A DNA stretch of 64,000 nucleotides from Candidatus Falkowbacteria bacterium (GCA_018674305.1 JABHAL010000007.1:6976-70975); one strand, 5' to 3'. Counted from the stretch's first letter, positions 10,101-20,332 are shown. Translations and numbers: made by a program. Notes: generated from the sequence alone by a model not told the origin.

Positions 10101-13100
10101 AATACAAGCCAGAACTTCCTTCAGTCAAATTACCCAAAGTTCCGTCAGCAATGATAGTCAATGAAGTTGTTGACAAATCACTTTTAGTAATACCAATCGG
10201 TATGTTCTGTGAAGTATATGCGGTATAAGTTGAAGGTGATGTTTCAGTTCCTTCTTCGTTTTTAGCTTTAACACTAACTTCAATCGCTGCATTTGCGGAC
10301 AACCCGCTCTGAACCCAACCATTAGCGGAAACCCAACCACTATTATCTGCCGGTGTAGCAGTACTAGCATAATATGAATTCTGTGCACCGCCACTACTCC
10401 AGCCCCAAGTGATAGAAGCCGTCGTATTAGCACTGTGAGTTAAGCTAGTTGGTGCATCTGCATCAGTATAGGCACTGGCAGGACTTGATCCAATACCAGC
10501 CCCTTGTGCATTGGTAGCACGAACATAAACTGTATATTGAGTATTAGCATCCAATGAACTTAACTGATATTGACTGGTAGCTGAACCAACAGTAGCAAGA
10601 CGAACATCATCCGAAGAACGATAAACATCATAATCAGTTGCCCCGGTTACATCATTCCAATCCCAAGTAATTGAATCTGCATCTGCTGCACTGTTTGTAA
10701 GTCCTGTTGGCTGAGCAGGACCAGTTGTATCCTGACTACTAGCTGCTCCGTCCGCCAAGTTATTATCACCATCCCCATCGTATGAAGATGTTCTAAACTG
10801 ATAACAAGTTCCCGCAGATAGTCCAGTGACCGAATATGGTGAGGTTGCCATCACTGAAGCATTGTTATACAAAACTGTATCATAAGTAGCATCACAACCG
10901 GTATCTTGTGCAATAGCCATACCACTTGGAGTAGGGCTTGGAACACTCCAAGTTAAAGTCATTACATAGTCATCCTTGTCAGTTGCCTCGGCCACCGTGA
11001 AACTGGTAACTGTACTAGCATGAGTATATTCAGTCACAGTTGAACCAAAAGCGGTTTCCGTATTATCTCCATTTCTAGCTTTGACTTTGAAACCATATCG
11101 CGTATTTGAGGTAAGACCTGTCATTGTAACTGTTCCCCAGGCAGACGCTGTTTGATAAGTTTCTGCCGCCTCCAGACTTCCATCACCCTTAAGATATTCT
11201 CCCGACACCGTTTCTTGGATCGCATATTCAGTTGTCGAAGGATTGCCATCGCCAGCAGTAACAGCCACCTGAATTTGAGTAGTTGTAAGGCCAGTAACGG
11301 TTGGCGATGACGGAGCATTAGCAAGAGTATATTTAAAAATTGAAGCCACACTTTGCTCATTACCATAATCATCAACTGCCCAAATATCAAAATAATATTT
11401 TTCATTCACTGATAATCCAGTTATTGTTGTTGTCGTGGTTGTCCGAGTTGCCAAAGCTACATCATCACCATTATCCCATTCAACAGCACCCCCACTTCGT
11501 CCTTCAGCATCAGCTTGGAATATGCTATACCAAATTTCATAATGATTAAAATTAGTTTCAGTTGCTATTGTCCAATCTACAGTCTGGGTAGTTGTAGTAG
11601 ATGAATCCCAGGCGAAAGCAAATAATCCAGTTGGATCAACATTGTCTAAGGTCATTGTCTGATTTGCCGCAGTTCCATCAGATGTATCATCATTAACAGT
11701 AACATTAATACAATTAGTGCCGTTAGCAGAAGCCAAATCAGTATCAGAATCCCAATCAAAACTTACCGAATTAGAGCCTGATGAAGTTATTACCCGAGTC
11801 CGAGTGGTTGCAGTCGCACCTATTTGATAAGCACCACCTGCAATATCCGGAGCGCCACCGCTATCATCAAAATCAGCCGTTGCAGCCGAACCTAATATTG
11901 TAGCCGCTGACCACGGACCATCACAAGCCCCATCACTATCAGATTCATATTGAATTTTTACTTTAGTGTCATCATCATCAGCATCATCCACTTCAATTGA
12001 AATCGTCACATCCCCGGAACCGTCCGTTTTCTGGGTAGCGCTATTCACACTAACAGTAGGATTTGAATTATACGAAATTGTTGCCGAAGAATAATTCAAA
12101 TCCGTCGCCGTAATATCTTGGTAGGAAATCCCCGTTAAAGAACCACTTCTAGCAATACTCACATATTCCCCAGTATTGTCAGTAGTATCAACCGTTTCAA
12201 ATGACCAACTACCATTATTATCACCAAAAACAAGGTCATTTGCTGTCTCGTCATAAAACGCAACTTGAGGAATTGTTCCGTCAAAAAGAAGACTTACCCA
12301 ATCCTGAACCGTATAAGTTCCTGTATGAATCTGCGTACAAGTCCAGCCGGCATTATCACAGCCAGAACCCGCTGACTGATAGGCATAATACAAATCATCT
12401 GAAAGAGGGTAAGCAATACCAACCTTATCGTTACTATCAATATCCATTCCAATATTTTCATGATATATAACTCCGGTAGCAATATCATCAACAGCATAAC
12501 AGGTCCAGTCTGAGTCATTGGCACCTGCGGCGTCACAACTAGCACCACCATCACGTTTTCCATAAATAAGCTTTTTGTCATTAATGTCATTACTAACAAT
12601 ATGTGGGACATTGTTACTATCAAACTTCAAAACATTATCATTACCAATATTATTAGTGGTGTAGACATCTTCACAAGACCAATCAGATGAGGCGCACCCA
12701 CTACCACCACCACCACCAACATACCAGGCATACCGCAGATCAGCAGTATTGCTATATTTATAGAGAATACCAGGATTATTAGAATCATTCAGATCCATAC
12801 TTGGAAAAAGCCCTACTGTATTAGTACTATCAATTGTTGTACAAGCCCAATTATTGTGAGTACAAGTTGATTCAGACCCTGAACCTGTATATATAGCATA
12901 CTCTAAGTCTCCACTATAAAAATTATAAAAAGCAATCCGCGGATTGTCCGAAGTATCAAACTTCAAGGAAACGCCCAACGCCTTAGCCGTATCCACCTGA
13001 ATAGGAGTACCCCAACTACTTCCATTGTAATAAACATAATACAAATCAAAACCTGACCCTCCCGTATTGCGAGCATAAGCAATACCCGGATTACCACTAC

Positions 13101-13260
13101 TATCATAATCCAAAGAAGTATGCCAAAGATTAGTAGTATCAACAGTCGTATTTGTCCAGGAATGTGCCAGAGCAATATAGGAAATCAAAAATATCGGAAC
13201 TAATACTAAGATCCATAGTCCAATAGTTTTACAAATAAAATTTTTGTTTAATCCCTTCAT
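7132..13260 (-). CDS. giant cell-surface protein, paralog of 1535..6916, with Cys-containing beta-propeller-like N-terminus, FN3/Ig repeats, PVDE linker and TM anchor region
   Basis: 2042 aa; repeated S(L/M)..D..(G/D)NP.I.Y....DL.YA blades; C-terminal half nearly identical to the neighbour. Confidence 0.85.
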   Translation of the reverse strand: MKGLNKNFICKTIGLWILVLVPIFLISYIALAHSWTNTTVDTTNLWHTSLDYDSSGNPGIAYARNTGGSGFDLYYVYYNGSSWGTPIQVDTAKALGVSLKFDTSDNPRIAFYNFYSGDLEYAIYTGSGSESTCTHNNWACTTIDSTNTVGLFPSMDLNDSNNPGILYKYSNTADLRYAWYVGGGGGSGCASSDWSCEDVYTTNNIGNDNVLKFDSNNVPHIVSNDINDKKLIYGKRDGGASCDAAGANDSDWTCYAVDDIATGVIYHENIGMDIDSNDKVGIAYPLSDDLYYAYQSAGSGCDNAGWTCTQIHTGTYTVQDWVSLLFDGTIPQVAFYDETANDLVFGDNNGSWSFETVDTTDNTGEYVSIARSGSLTGISYQDITATDLNYSSATISYNSNPTVSVNSATQKTDGSGDVTISIEVDDADDDDTKVKIQYESDSDGACDGPWSAATILGSAATADFDDSGGAPDIAGGAYQIGATATTRTRVITSSGSNSVSFDWDSDTDLASANGTNCINVTVNDDTSDGTAANQTMTLDNVDPTGLFAFAWDSSTTTTQTVDWTIATETNFNHYEIWYSIFQADAEGRSGGAVEWDNGDDVALATRTTTTTTITGLSVNEKYYFDIWAVDDYGNEQSVASIFKYTLANAPSSPTVTGLTTTQIQVAVTAGDGNPSTTEYAIQETVSGEYLKGDGSLEAAETYQTASAWGTVTMTGLTSNTRYGFKVKARNGDNTETAFGSTVTEYTHASTVTSFTVAEATDKDDYVMTLTWSVPSPTPSGMAIAQDTGCDATYDTVLYNNASVMATSPYSVTGLSAGTCYQFRTSSYDGDGDNNLADGAASSQDTTGPAQPTGLTNSAADADSITWDWNDVTGATDYDVYRSSDDVRLATVGSATSQYQLSSLDANTQYTVYVRATNAQGAGIGSSPASAYTDADAPTSLTHSANTTASITWGWSSGGAQNSYYASTATPADNSGWVSANGWVQSGLSANAAIEVSVKAKNEEGTETSPSTYTAYTSQNIPIGITKSDLSTTSLTIIADGTLGNLTEGSSGLYFTNTTASTNSGWIQTNSWANSSLSANTQYSYTVKARNGDSDETSTTVDSSSTIFYTAQNTPSGISSSNILIDSITLSATGTFDNLTSDSSGLYFENVTAGTNSGWVQTNSWVETGLSESTTYQYRVKTRNGDGVETSFSSGTNVITLGARSGGGGDPAPIPIPIPDPDPEIDPPVLSEPADGMVTNNNKPYVIGSSTEGLMTVDVYVDDIEVHSFVSQPDKNFVWQISDPLADGLHSIKVANEDVYSDIHSILVDTSPPDAPSITLMSIIVGAEVDNKIGADVTISGKIKADTKQILIYLDDTILIDTIVVDSEKWSYSFEDSYYPGEHKVSVKAIDEAKNLSDEPTEESFLLVSSQPPVDEPVDEPVDEPVDEPVDEPVDEPVDEPVDEPVDEPVDEPVDEPVDEPVDEPVDKPVDDPVVPPVIPPIKPVIPPVAPLVVPPVIPEADGGQADDSQPGDDGQPGDNDDQGPGAPVVPLPVVPNAGDDGGVPVVDDWQGPIVKDDIIDVVVGQSHVPDNIKLDPELIEIYEDIDAKNSWDKTEQEIKFEIIYETEKLMDGKVVQSTTKGIAKVISVITRVDVVKAQQEVEKSVKAVVRTTKIVQKATVDNPALEKANETVKTPAAATVTATSVASLATVGATGASGAGVLTYLQFLFTQPLLLLTKKRRKGWGIVYDAASKKPVDLAVVRVYNAETKKLVRTKVTDKAGRYEFILKPGKYYIEVQKKDYKFPCKILDKVTTDGHFEDVYYGEVIEVQERDAVSMPIALDPIKLAQKGEKVMKLFWFKKTQTLFTLIAPVAAIVSFIINPTLKFGLLIVGQVALYFLFSRLAKGDKPKSWGIVRDLENKKTLSRTIVRVFETKFNKLLDTQVTDGKGRYAFLVGNQEYYVTAEKPGYYQKRSEVFNLEKEETGYLTEDFKLRSHKLGKGIEQAQKKDQQVTLRTGLGQQKEKMIQGIKRVIRRDEEKFKGEIKDVDLDQMHEDYYDVDSLK
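8848..9027 (-). repeat. 12-bp tandem repeat, about 15 PVDE-type units
   Basis: repeated tggctc(a/g)tc(a/g)ac units. Confidence 0.92.
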
Positions 13261-13485
13261 TGAAAATTCACTTTTAAATCAAAACGTGTCACGACAATTT
13301 TTGTATCGTAAAAAATACTAGACGCTAAATTTGTAAACAAAACATGTCTAGTTCCTTCATACTATATATTAGCTAAATTATACCATTTTCAAGACATTTA
13401 AACAAACAAAAAATGTGGATTTATCCACATTATATTTAAATAATTAACCTTAAATAAACAAGATCAATTCGCCTGAACAATTGCT

Positions 13486-14301
13486 TTATTTTCTCCTCAG
13501 AAAACCCCTTATTCCCCGATAAACAAAAACGCTTAAGCAAACAAAAACTACAACAAAACTCAACAGCTGTGCCCAACGTAAGCCAAACACAATTGGACTA
13601 AAGTCTAACCGGTAAAACTCCAAAATTATTCGTTGAACTGAGTAAAGCAACAAATACACCAAGAATATATTACCCGCCTGCAAAGTTTTTCGCTTAAATC
13701 TCCAATACGTAAGCCCCAATAGAACTCCCAATATAATTAGATTACCGAAACTCTCATACAGAAACGTTGGGTGAAAAAATTCAAATTCAAAAAATCCGAC
13801 TGGACGATTAACTAAATCAATAGGAATCCCCCACGCTGCATCGGTCGGCCGGCCAAAAATTTCTTGATTAAAGTAATTACCAACTCTTCCAATGACCTGG
13901 GCTGCAACTAATCCAACCGCAATCAAATCCGCAACTAACCAAAAATCTCTTTTTTTCAACTTGGCATAAACATAGGTTGTGACAAACCCTCCTAGCATAA
14001 TCCCGTGAATAGCTAAACCACCTTGCCAAACATGAAACACGCTCCCCCAGTCACCACGGTACAATTCCCAAGCATAAATCACGTAATAAATTCGAGCACC
14101 CAAAACTGCCCCAACCACCCAGTAAATTAAAAGATTATGAAAAAACTTTTTATTTAACTTGTAGTGATCAGCTAACTTTAGAATCAAGGCAAAACCCAGG
14201 AGCCCACCGATCACCATCAACAAACCATACCAATGCACTTGGAGTGGCCCAAAACTAAAAACAGTTGGTTCTGGATGATAAGTATGTAAAAAATTAAACA
14301 T
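13486..14301 (-). CDS. lgt: prolipoprotein diacylglyceryl transferase
   Basis: WYG, GAR.YYV, GGLAIHG, GR.GNYFNQE.FGRPT, HPTFLYES motifs. Confidence 0.96.
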   Translation of the reverse strand: MFNFLHTYHPEPTVFSFGPLQVHWYGLLMVIGGLLGFALILKLADHYKLNKKFFHNLLIYWVVGAVLGARIYYVIYAWELYRGDWGSVFHVWQGGLAIHGIMLGGFVTTYVYAKLKKRDFWLVADLIAVGLVAAQVIGRVGNYFNQEIFGRPTDAAWGIPIDLVNRPVGFFEFEFFHPTFLYESFGNLIILGVLLGLTYWRFKRKTLQAGNIFLVYLLLYSVQRIILEFYRLDFSPIVFGLRWAQLLSFVVVFVCLSVFVYRGIRGFLRRK

Positions 14302-14430
14302 AGTACTTCCATTATAGTAGAACTTCAGCCAAAAGAAAAGAGCCTCTTGTGAGGCTCTCTTCTTTCTCTTTAGGGTTTTCGCTTTTTTAACAAAGCTATA
14401 TATTAAACCTCACCTCTCGGCAAGTTCTAA

Positions 14431-14751
14431 TTATTTTTTCTTTTTTATTTCTTTCTGTATATCTGTCCAACGTAATTTTAATTCATTCATTATCTCGCCC
14501 CAAGCATCAGCAGTAAGTAAATCTTCCTTGGAATACTTTTTTACGATATTCTCAACAATTGTTTCGTACTCCTTTTTACCCAGTTTTTTAGCCTTAGCAA
14601 CCTCCTTAATTAATTGCTGGCTTACGGTTTTACTGACTTTATTAAATTTATCTCTATTTTTTTTGCCAGACTTTGGATTAAAAAAAACACTTATTGCTGA
14701 ACCCAATAAAGCACCTAAAGCTAAACCACTTAAAAACTTCTTAGTTTTCAT
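14431..14751 (-). CDS. YtxH-like protein
   Basis: KFLSGLALGALLG...F.PKSGKKNR N-terminus; start re-set to ATG 14751. Confidence 0.75.
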   Translation of the reverse strand: MKTKKFLSGLALGALLGSAISVFFNPKSGKKNRDKFNKVSKTVSQQLIKEVAKAKKLGKKEYETIVENIVKKYSKEDLLTADAWGEIMNELKLRWTDIQKEIKKKK

Positions 14752-15047
14752 AAATAAAAAAATACGGTTAATTCTCTTGATTGAATTATACCACATTAAA
14801 ATAAAAAATTCGCTAAATTATCCACAGTATCATAAAGCATAAATCATGAAACAGGAAGCAAAAACAAAAGAGAATTAAGAGATTAAGCGATTAAGAGGAT
14901 TTCAAATTGTAAAACTACATAATTACTAAATTGCCAAAAATTACTGCTTATTTTACCAAACCCTTGCATTTTTTTTTGGCATATGTTATCATTTTCCCAC
15001 AAGTAATTAATGACATGCGCTATGCGTTATACGCTACGCGACAAAAT

Positions 15048-15323
15048 ATGAAAAAAGCTATTCATCCAAAATACAACACCAGTGCTAAAGTAAAATGTGC
15101 TTGTGGTAATGAATTCACAGTTGGTTCAACTGTTGACCTTCTTAAAATTGAGTTATGTCACCTTTGTCACCCTTTTTATACCGGTAAACAAAAATTAGTT
15201 GACTCAGCTCGAAGAGTTGAAAAATTCAAAGAAAAAGTGGCCAAGCAAGCAACTACTGCTGAAACCAGAAAAGGTAAGAAAGTTAAACGAGAGAATGAGG
15301 CCAAGAAAAAGGCAGACAAATAA
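15048..15323 (+). CDS. rpmE: 50S ribosomal protein L31
   Basis: [27 protein letters not shown]; start re-set to ATG 15048. Confidence 0.96.
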   Translation: MKKAIHPKYNTSAKVKCACGNEFTVGSTVDLLKIELCHLCHPFYTGKQKLVDSARRVEKFKEKVAKQATTAETRKGKKVKRENEAKKKADK

Positions 15324-15489
15324 CTTCCTTTCATAAACCGTCTTTTTGTTTTATAATGAAAACGAACATGGGCGGTTTTTAAATTACAAGAAGAGCAAGG
15401 AGATATAGAAGGTAAAAAAGATAACATAAATTAATAATCCTAAAGTCATCCCCCTCAAACTTCTTTAGCCCTTTTTCTCCCCTTCTAAT

Positions 15490-16542
15490 ATGCAAGAAAA
15501 AATAGATAAAATTAAACAAACATTTAAAGAACTCGAAGATCAACTTCAAGATCCTTCAGTTACTTGTGATCAGGGCAAATTAAAAAAAATCGGCAGTGAA
15601 CACGCCGAACTAAAAGATTTAATTGAGCTAATAAATAAATTCGAAAAAATTGATTCTGACCTAAAACAAGCTCGCGAAACGTCAGAAACTGAAACTGGAG
15701 AATTAAAAGAATTTGCTCTAGCTGAAATTGAAGAACTAGAACCACAGATTAACCAACTCGAAGATCAATTAAAAAAAGAATTAACCACCAAAGACCCTAA
15801 CGACAAAAAGGATGTAATCATAGAAATCCGGGCAGGCACAGGTGGAGACGAATCTGCTTTATTTACAGCTGAACTTTTTCGAATGTACTCTCGTTACGCT
15901 GAATCCCAAGGTTGGAAAGTAAATATTTTATCCTCAAATCAAATTGGCATCGGTGGCTTCAAAGAAGTTATTTTTGAAGTTAAAGGACAATCAGTTTTTG
16001 CTACTTTCAAATATGAACGTGGTACACACCGAGTACAACGTGTACCAGAAACTGAAAAGCAGGGCCGCGTACATACTTCAGCAGTTACTGTTGCCGTTTT
16101 ACCAGAAGTTGAAGAAGTTGATGTAAAAATCGAAGACAAGGATTTAAAAATTGACACTTATGCTTCCGGTGGTGCTGGTGGGCAAAGTGTAAATACAACT
16201 AACTCCGCAGTTCGAATCACCCACCTACCAACCAATACAGTTGTTTCTTGCCAAGACGAAAGATCACAAGCTCAGAACAGAATAAAAGCCATGCGAGTAC
16301 TACGTTCCAAAATTTACGAAGGCGAGATGCAAAAACAACACGACGCGCTTGGTGCTGACCGAAAAAAACAGATTGGATCTGGCGATCGCTCAGAAAAAAT
16401 ACGCACTTACAATTTTCCACAAGATCGAATTACGGATCACCGAATTAAAACCAATTGGAATAATATACCAACCGTCCTTGATGGTGACATGGGCAAAATC
16501 ATTGAAACATTGAAAGCTGAGGAATTTAAACTTCAGGAATAA
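15490..16542 (+). CDS. prfA: peptide chain release factor 1
   Basis: GGQ motif, PxT (PET) motif, [10 protein letters not shown]. Confidence 0.97.
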   Translation: MQEKIDKIKQTFKELEDQLQDPSVTCDQGKLKKIGSEHAELKDLIELINKFEKIDSDLKQARETSETETGELKEFALAEIEELEPQINQLEDQLKKELTTKDPNDKKDVIIEIRAGTGGDESALFTAELFRMYSRYAESQGWKVNILSSNQIGIGGFKEVIFEVKGQSVFATFKYERGTHRVQRVPETEKQGRVHTSAVTVAVLPEVEEVDVKIEDKDLKIDTYASGGAGGQSVNTTNSAVRITHLPTNTVVSCQDERSQAQNRIKAMRVLRSKIYEGEMQKQHDALGADRKKQIGSGDRSEKIRTYNFPQDRITDHRIKTNWNNIPTVLDGDMGKIIETLKAEEFKLQE

Positions 16543-16555
16543 AAATAAATACATT

Positions 16556-16879
16556 ATGAAAAAAATCATTACAATCCTTATTGTAACTCTTTTCATTGCA
16601 ACCGGCTGTACTCTAGCAAACCAAAAAAAATCCACTGCTATTAAATGTAAAAAACTTTCCAGTTCAGAATGTTCACAAAACTCTACCTGCGATCAAATCA
16701 CAAATCTCCCGAACACAGCACCCGGGACACTTGGCATTCTCGGGTTTAGTCAATATTGTGTACCAAAAGGCGATAATGATTCCTGCGCAAAATTTGCAAC
16801 TCAAAAATCTTGCTTAAGCAATGAACAATGCGCTTATGCTAATATTAAAAGTAGTGGGGTGTGTTATATTAATGATTAG
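16556..16879 (+). CDS. small Cys-rich putative lipoprotein
   Basis: lipobox-like IATGC after hydrophobic stretch; paired Cys repeats. Confidence 0.65.
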   Translation: MKKIITILIVTLFIATGCTLANQKKSTAIKCKKLSSSECSQNSTCDQITNLPNTAPGTLGILGFSQYCVPKGDNDSCAKFATQKSCLSNEQCAYANIKSSGVCYIND

Positions 16880-16925
16880 AATTTAACAAAAAAGACTCCG
16901 CTTGGCAGAGTCTAGTATGAATTGT

Positions 16926-17111
16926 TTAACTACTACTTTTACGTTTACCCAGTCGCCGTCCCATCTCCTTGCAATAATAGCTAGCGTGATCATCATAATC
17001 CCGAATACCGCAATCACGTAAACCATATTTTACGGCATCAAAGAACTTTTCTTTGTTTTTCAATCTTTCGGCAACCACATCTGCAACTCTTTCCCACTGC
17101 TCTTCTGTCAT
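16926..17111 (-). CDS. hypothetical protein
   Basis: 61 aa ORF with GAGG SD upstream. Confidence 0.5.
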   Translation of the reverse strand: MTEEQWERVADVVAERLKNKEKFFDAVKYGLRDCGIRDYDDHASYYCKEMGRRLGKRKSSS

Positions 17112-17249
17112 TACTAATCCTCATAGCTGAGTTAAACAATGAACTACCTAAAGCACTTAAGACATTAACATTAAAATTGTTTTGTGTCAAAAATCGTAAG
17201 GCAACAAGAACGATCAAAAAACAACGGCAATCTCCGTTGTTTTTCTAAA

Positions 17250-18275
17250 TTATTTTTCCAGTTCTTTTTTTATGTAATGATCCTGCATCGGCTTAACATA
17301 CAATTCACGAGAAATATTCGTTAAAAAAACTTTTATTGCCGACGATATTGAACCCTTTTTCCTAATCTGCTCAGATGCATAAAACTTATGCTGTAAACCT
17401 TTTTCTTTTTTTGTATCCATTAAAGGATCATCAAAAACGTCAATATCAATAATTTGAAAATTATAATCTGTATCAGAATCATTTGACCGTTCAACAAAAA
17501 CATTTCCCGTTCTAGAAACATCTCCGCGAGAAGGCTTTGCTCCTTGCGTAGAATCCGTAATATCCAAGACGACCTCTGATGTTGCCTGCAGAAGATCAAT
17601 TTGTTCTAAAAACTTTTTCCAAGCTTTTTGCAAATCATCATATTCTTGCCTTCCTGCCATTAACCTACCAACCGATTCTCCCTTCGCAAAAGGCTGATCA
17701 ATCATTCTTTTGTAATTTCCCTCTGCGTCGCGATAAATAACAATATTATCAAACAAAACATTGATATTAATTTCACCCTCTTGTAGACTCATAAACTCTT
17801 TTTGCTGACGTTCAAATAGTTCCAACGCGCACATATTGCGCATTAACTTAACTATTGAAATTGGATCTTGATCATGACGCCCCTTCGAAACTTTCAAAAC
17901 TCGTTTTTCACCTGCCGAATTAACGAAAATTAAATTCTTATTTTCGGCACCTTCGGTTTGTTCTGTTTCTGGATCCTTTTCCAAAGCATTTAAATATACT
18001 CGAGCTTCCTCCGTTATACTAGGTATTCTAGATAGTTCAGACTCCTGCTCTAAAATTTTTCGCTGTGCAGGACTAGCTTTTTCCATTTTTGCTAATAACT
18101 CCTCCAACCTACATTTACGTTCTTCGATCTCTTCAATTGACAATTCCTTATCTAACCAAAAAACACTGTCAGACGTTTTTACTTCTTTGATAAAATTACT
18201 AAAATTCAATTCTGACTCTTTTGGACCATCTTTTCCTTCAGCTGGTAAAAATTGGTTTGCTTTAAATTTTTCCAT
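17250..18275 (-). CDS. hypothetical protein, possible protein-kinase-like fold
   Basis: 341 aa; VLKVSK, GDVSRTGNVFV, IIDID loosely match kinase motifs. Confidence 0.55.
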   Translation of the reverse strand: MEKFKANQFLPAEGKDGPKESELNFSNFIKEVKTSDSVFWLDKELSIEEIEERKCRLEELLAKMEKASPAQRKILEQESELSRIPSITEEARVYLNALEKDPETEQTEGAENKNLIFVNSAGEKRVLKVSKGRHDQDPISIVKLMRNMCALELFERQQKEFMSLQEGEININVLFDNIVIYRDAEGNYKRMIDQPFAKGESVGRLMAGRQEYDDLQKAWKKFLEQIDLLQATSEVVLDITDSTQGAKPSRGDVSRTGNVFVERSNDSDTDYNFQIIDIDVFDDPLMDTKKEKGLQHKFYASEQIRKKGSISSAIKVFLTNISRELYVKPMQDHYIKKELEK

Positions 18276-18324
18276 ACTATACTTTTATTAATCTATATAT
18301 ATGTTACCATAAAAGCATCAAAAT

Positions 18325-19209
18325 ATGAAAACCATAAAACAATTATTAACAGAAGCTAATTCAAAATTACGAAAGAATAGTATTAAAACTGCACGTCTTG
18401 ACGCTGAGGTTATTCTAAGTTTTGTTTTGAATAAACCAAAGGAATATCTTTACACTTATCCTGAAGGAATTGTAAGTAAAGACACGATTAATCGCTTCTT
18501 AACTCTTATCAAAAAGAGATCTTCCCACTACCCAATCGCCTACCTCACCAACAACAAAGAATTTTTTGGACTAGACTTTTACGTTGATGAGAATGTATTG
18601 GTGCCGCGGCCGGAGACAGAGTCGCTGGTGGAAGAAACTCTTAAAGAAGTAAAGACGCGATTAATCGCGTCTCCACACTCAGAAATAAATATCGCGGAAA
18701 TCGGTACCGGCTCCGGGTGTATAGCAGTGGCGTTAGCAAAAGAAGTAGAGACGCGATTAATCGCGTCGCCACCAATTAAGATAATGGCCACTGACATTTC
18801 GGCCGCGGCACTGAAAATTGCTAGGCGCAACGCGCGTAAACACAAGGTCTTATCTAGAATTAAATTTTATCAAGGTAATCTGCTTGAACCACTTAAAAAC
18901 AAAAAAATTGACTTAATTGTAGCCAATCTTCCCTACCTTGATTCTGATTACAAAAATCTTTTAAACTCTTCAGATAAAAAAGCTCTTAAGTTTGAGCCTT
19001 CACTTGCTCTTTATTCAGGTAAAGAAGGCTTGAACCATTATGCTGAATTTTTTGAACAAGTGGCAGAGCTTAAACATAAGCCTAAATTCATTTTAGTTGA
19101 ATTTGGTCCAAAGCAAACCTCTGCACTCAAAAAAATCATTCACCAAAACTTAGGTCCAGCAAAATTAACCAAAGTCCAACCTGGAACTTTAATGATTGAA
19201 TTAACGTAA
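18325..19209 (+). CDS. prmC: release factor glutamine methyltransferase
   Basis: VLVPRPETE, EIGTGSGCIA, ANLPY; near prfA. Confidence 0.95.
   Translation: MKTIKQLLTEANSKLRKNSIKTARLDAEVILSFVLNKPKEYLYTYPEGIVSKDTINRFLTLIKKRSSHYPIAYLTNNKEFFGLDFYVDENVLVPRPETESLVEETLKEVKTRLIASPHSEINIAEIGTGSGCIAVALAKEVETRLIASPPIKIMATDISAAALKIARRNARKHKVLSRIKFYQGNLLEPLKNKKIDLIVANLPYLDSDYKNLLNSSDKKALKFEPSLALYSGKEGLNHYAEFFEQVAELKHKPKFILVEFGPKQTSALKKIIHQNLGPAKLTKVQPGTLMIELT
18649..18676. repeat. REP-like palindrome inside prmC (copy 1)
   Basis: gtaaAGACGCGATTAATCGCGTCTccac. Confidence 0.8.
18745..18772. repeat. REP-like palindrome inside prmC (copy 2)
   Basis: gtagaGACGCGATTAATCGCGTCgccac. Confidence 0.8.
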
Positions 19210-19306
19210 TACAAAATTTTAAGTAAAATTAAATAATTGTTCATTTCACAAAGACCCTGAAGTACATTTGCGCAAGCTTAATAACTTCAGGACGAAGGAG
19301 TCTATA

Positions 19307-20332
19307 ATGAAGCCAAGATCTGCTTTTCGTAATCGTGGTAGATCAAAAGGAAGCCCACGAAGCAACTCCACCTTCTCTGAAATCAATAGGTACCTAGCAC
19401 CATTTAGCCAGCACATGAACAATTTTAAAAGTGTTGACAATATCGGATTGATTAAAAACTATCACCTGGTAAAGAGTCCCCGCGCAAAGACAAAAATCAG
19501 AGATCTACTTGTCTATAACAATATTAAACTGGTAGTCAAAATTGCCTTAAAATACTCTAACCAAGGAGTGCCAGTCGATGACTTGATCCAAGAAGGTGTT
19601 CTGGGTCTAATGAAAGCAATTGACAAATTTGACCCCGGAAGAGGCTTTTTATTGCCCACTTATGCAGTCTGGTGGATCCGACAAGCAGTTTCAAGAGCGG
19701 TTCAAGATCAAACCAATGAAGATCCCTACCGCGTCTCAAATAATTTCCGAGACAAAATATCAATTGTAAAAGTGGAAACCTACAAGCTCGTTCGCGATAG
19801 CAATGGAAAATGGCCCACTCCAGAAGAAGTACTTGTTGAAATTAAAAAAAGAGACACTCAAGCCAGTGAAAATTTCACACTTGAAGATGTCCAAAAAGTA
19901 CAAGCCCACTTAACCAATCGAAATATTCAACTTGATGTAGAGCTTGAATCTATCGAGAGTAAAGAAACAACATCAATAGAAAGCTTATTTCCGGACACAA
20001 TTCATTCCTATGCCGACATTGATACTATGATTCAAGCGCGCCGTAAATTTGCAGAAAGCCAGGAGTTTCTTGACACGATAGAACAATATATCTACAGATT
20101 AGAAATCAGAATGGGAGTAATTCTTAAACATCGACTGGGAATTAATGGTGCTGAAGAAATGACACTTGAAGAGCTTGCTCAAATTTTCAAAGTCAGTAGA
20201 GAAAGAATACGCCAGATTGAAGCCAAAGGATATGAACTTTTAGAAAAAACTCTCGGATTGGAAAAAAAAGAACTTCAATATTTAATTCTTTCTCACGAAG
20301 AAGTAGGCAAAATAGTAGGCTCCGATTCATAA
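19307..20332 (+). CDS. sigma-70 family (RpoD/RpoS-like) RNA polymerase sigma factor
   Basis: region 2 DDLIQEG.LGLMKAIDKFDP.RGF...TYAVWWIRQA; region 4 MTLEEL...F.VSRERIRQIE; start re-set to ATG 19307 after AAGGAG. Confidence 0.9.
   Translation: MKPRSAFRNRGRSKGSPRSNSTFSEINRYLAPFSQHMNNFKSVDNIGLIKNYHLVKSPRAKTKIRDLLVYNNIKLVVKIALKYSNQGVPVDDLIQEGVLGLMKAIDKFDPGRGFLLPTYAVWWIRQAVSRAVQDQTNEDPYRVSNNFRDKISIVKVETYKLVRDSNGKWPTPEEVLVEIKKRDTQASENFTLEDVQKVQAHLTNRNIQLDVELESIESKETTSIESLFPDTIHSYADIDTMIQARRKFAESQEFLDTIEQYIYRLEIRMGVILKHRLGINGAEEMTLEELAQIFKVSRERIRQIEAKGYELLEKTLGLEKKELQYLILSHEEVGKIVGSDS

Noticed and set aside
2882-12623. Many antisense or alternate-frame ORFs within the two giant genes (e.g. GSST repeats at 3225..3494)
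   Set aside because: Products of repetitive, biased codon usage on the coding strand.
7078-14826. Perfect DnaA boxes TTATCCACA at ~7078, ~13421 and ~14818 as an origin
   Set aside because: Isolated and kilobases apart; two lie in duplicated terminator-like hairpins; no dnaA or clustered boxes.
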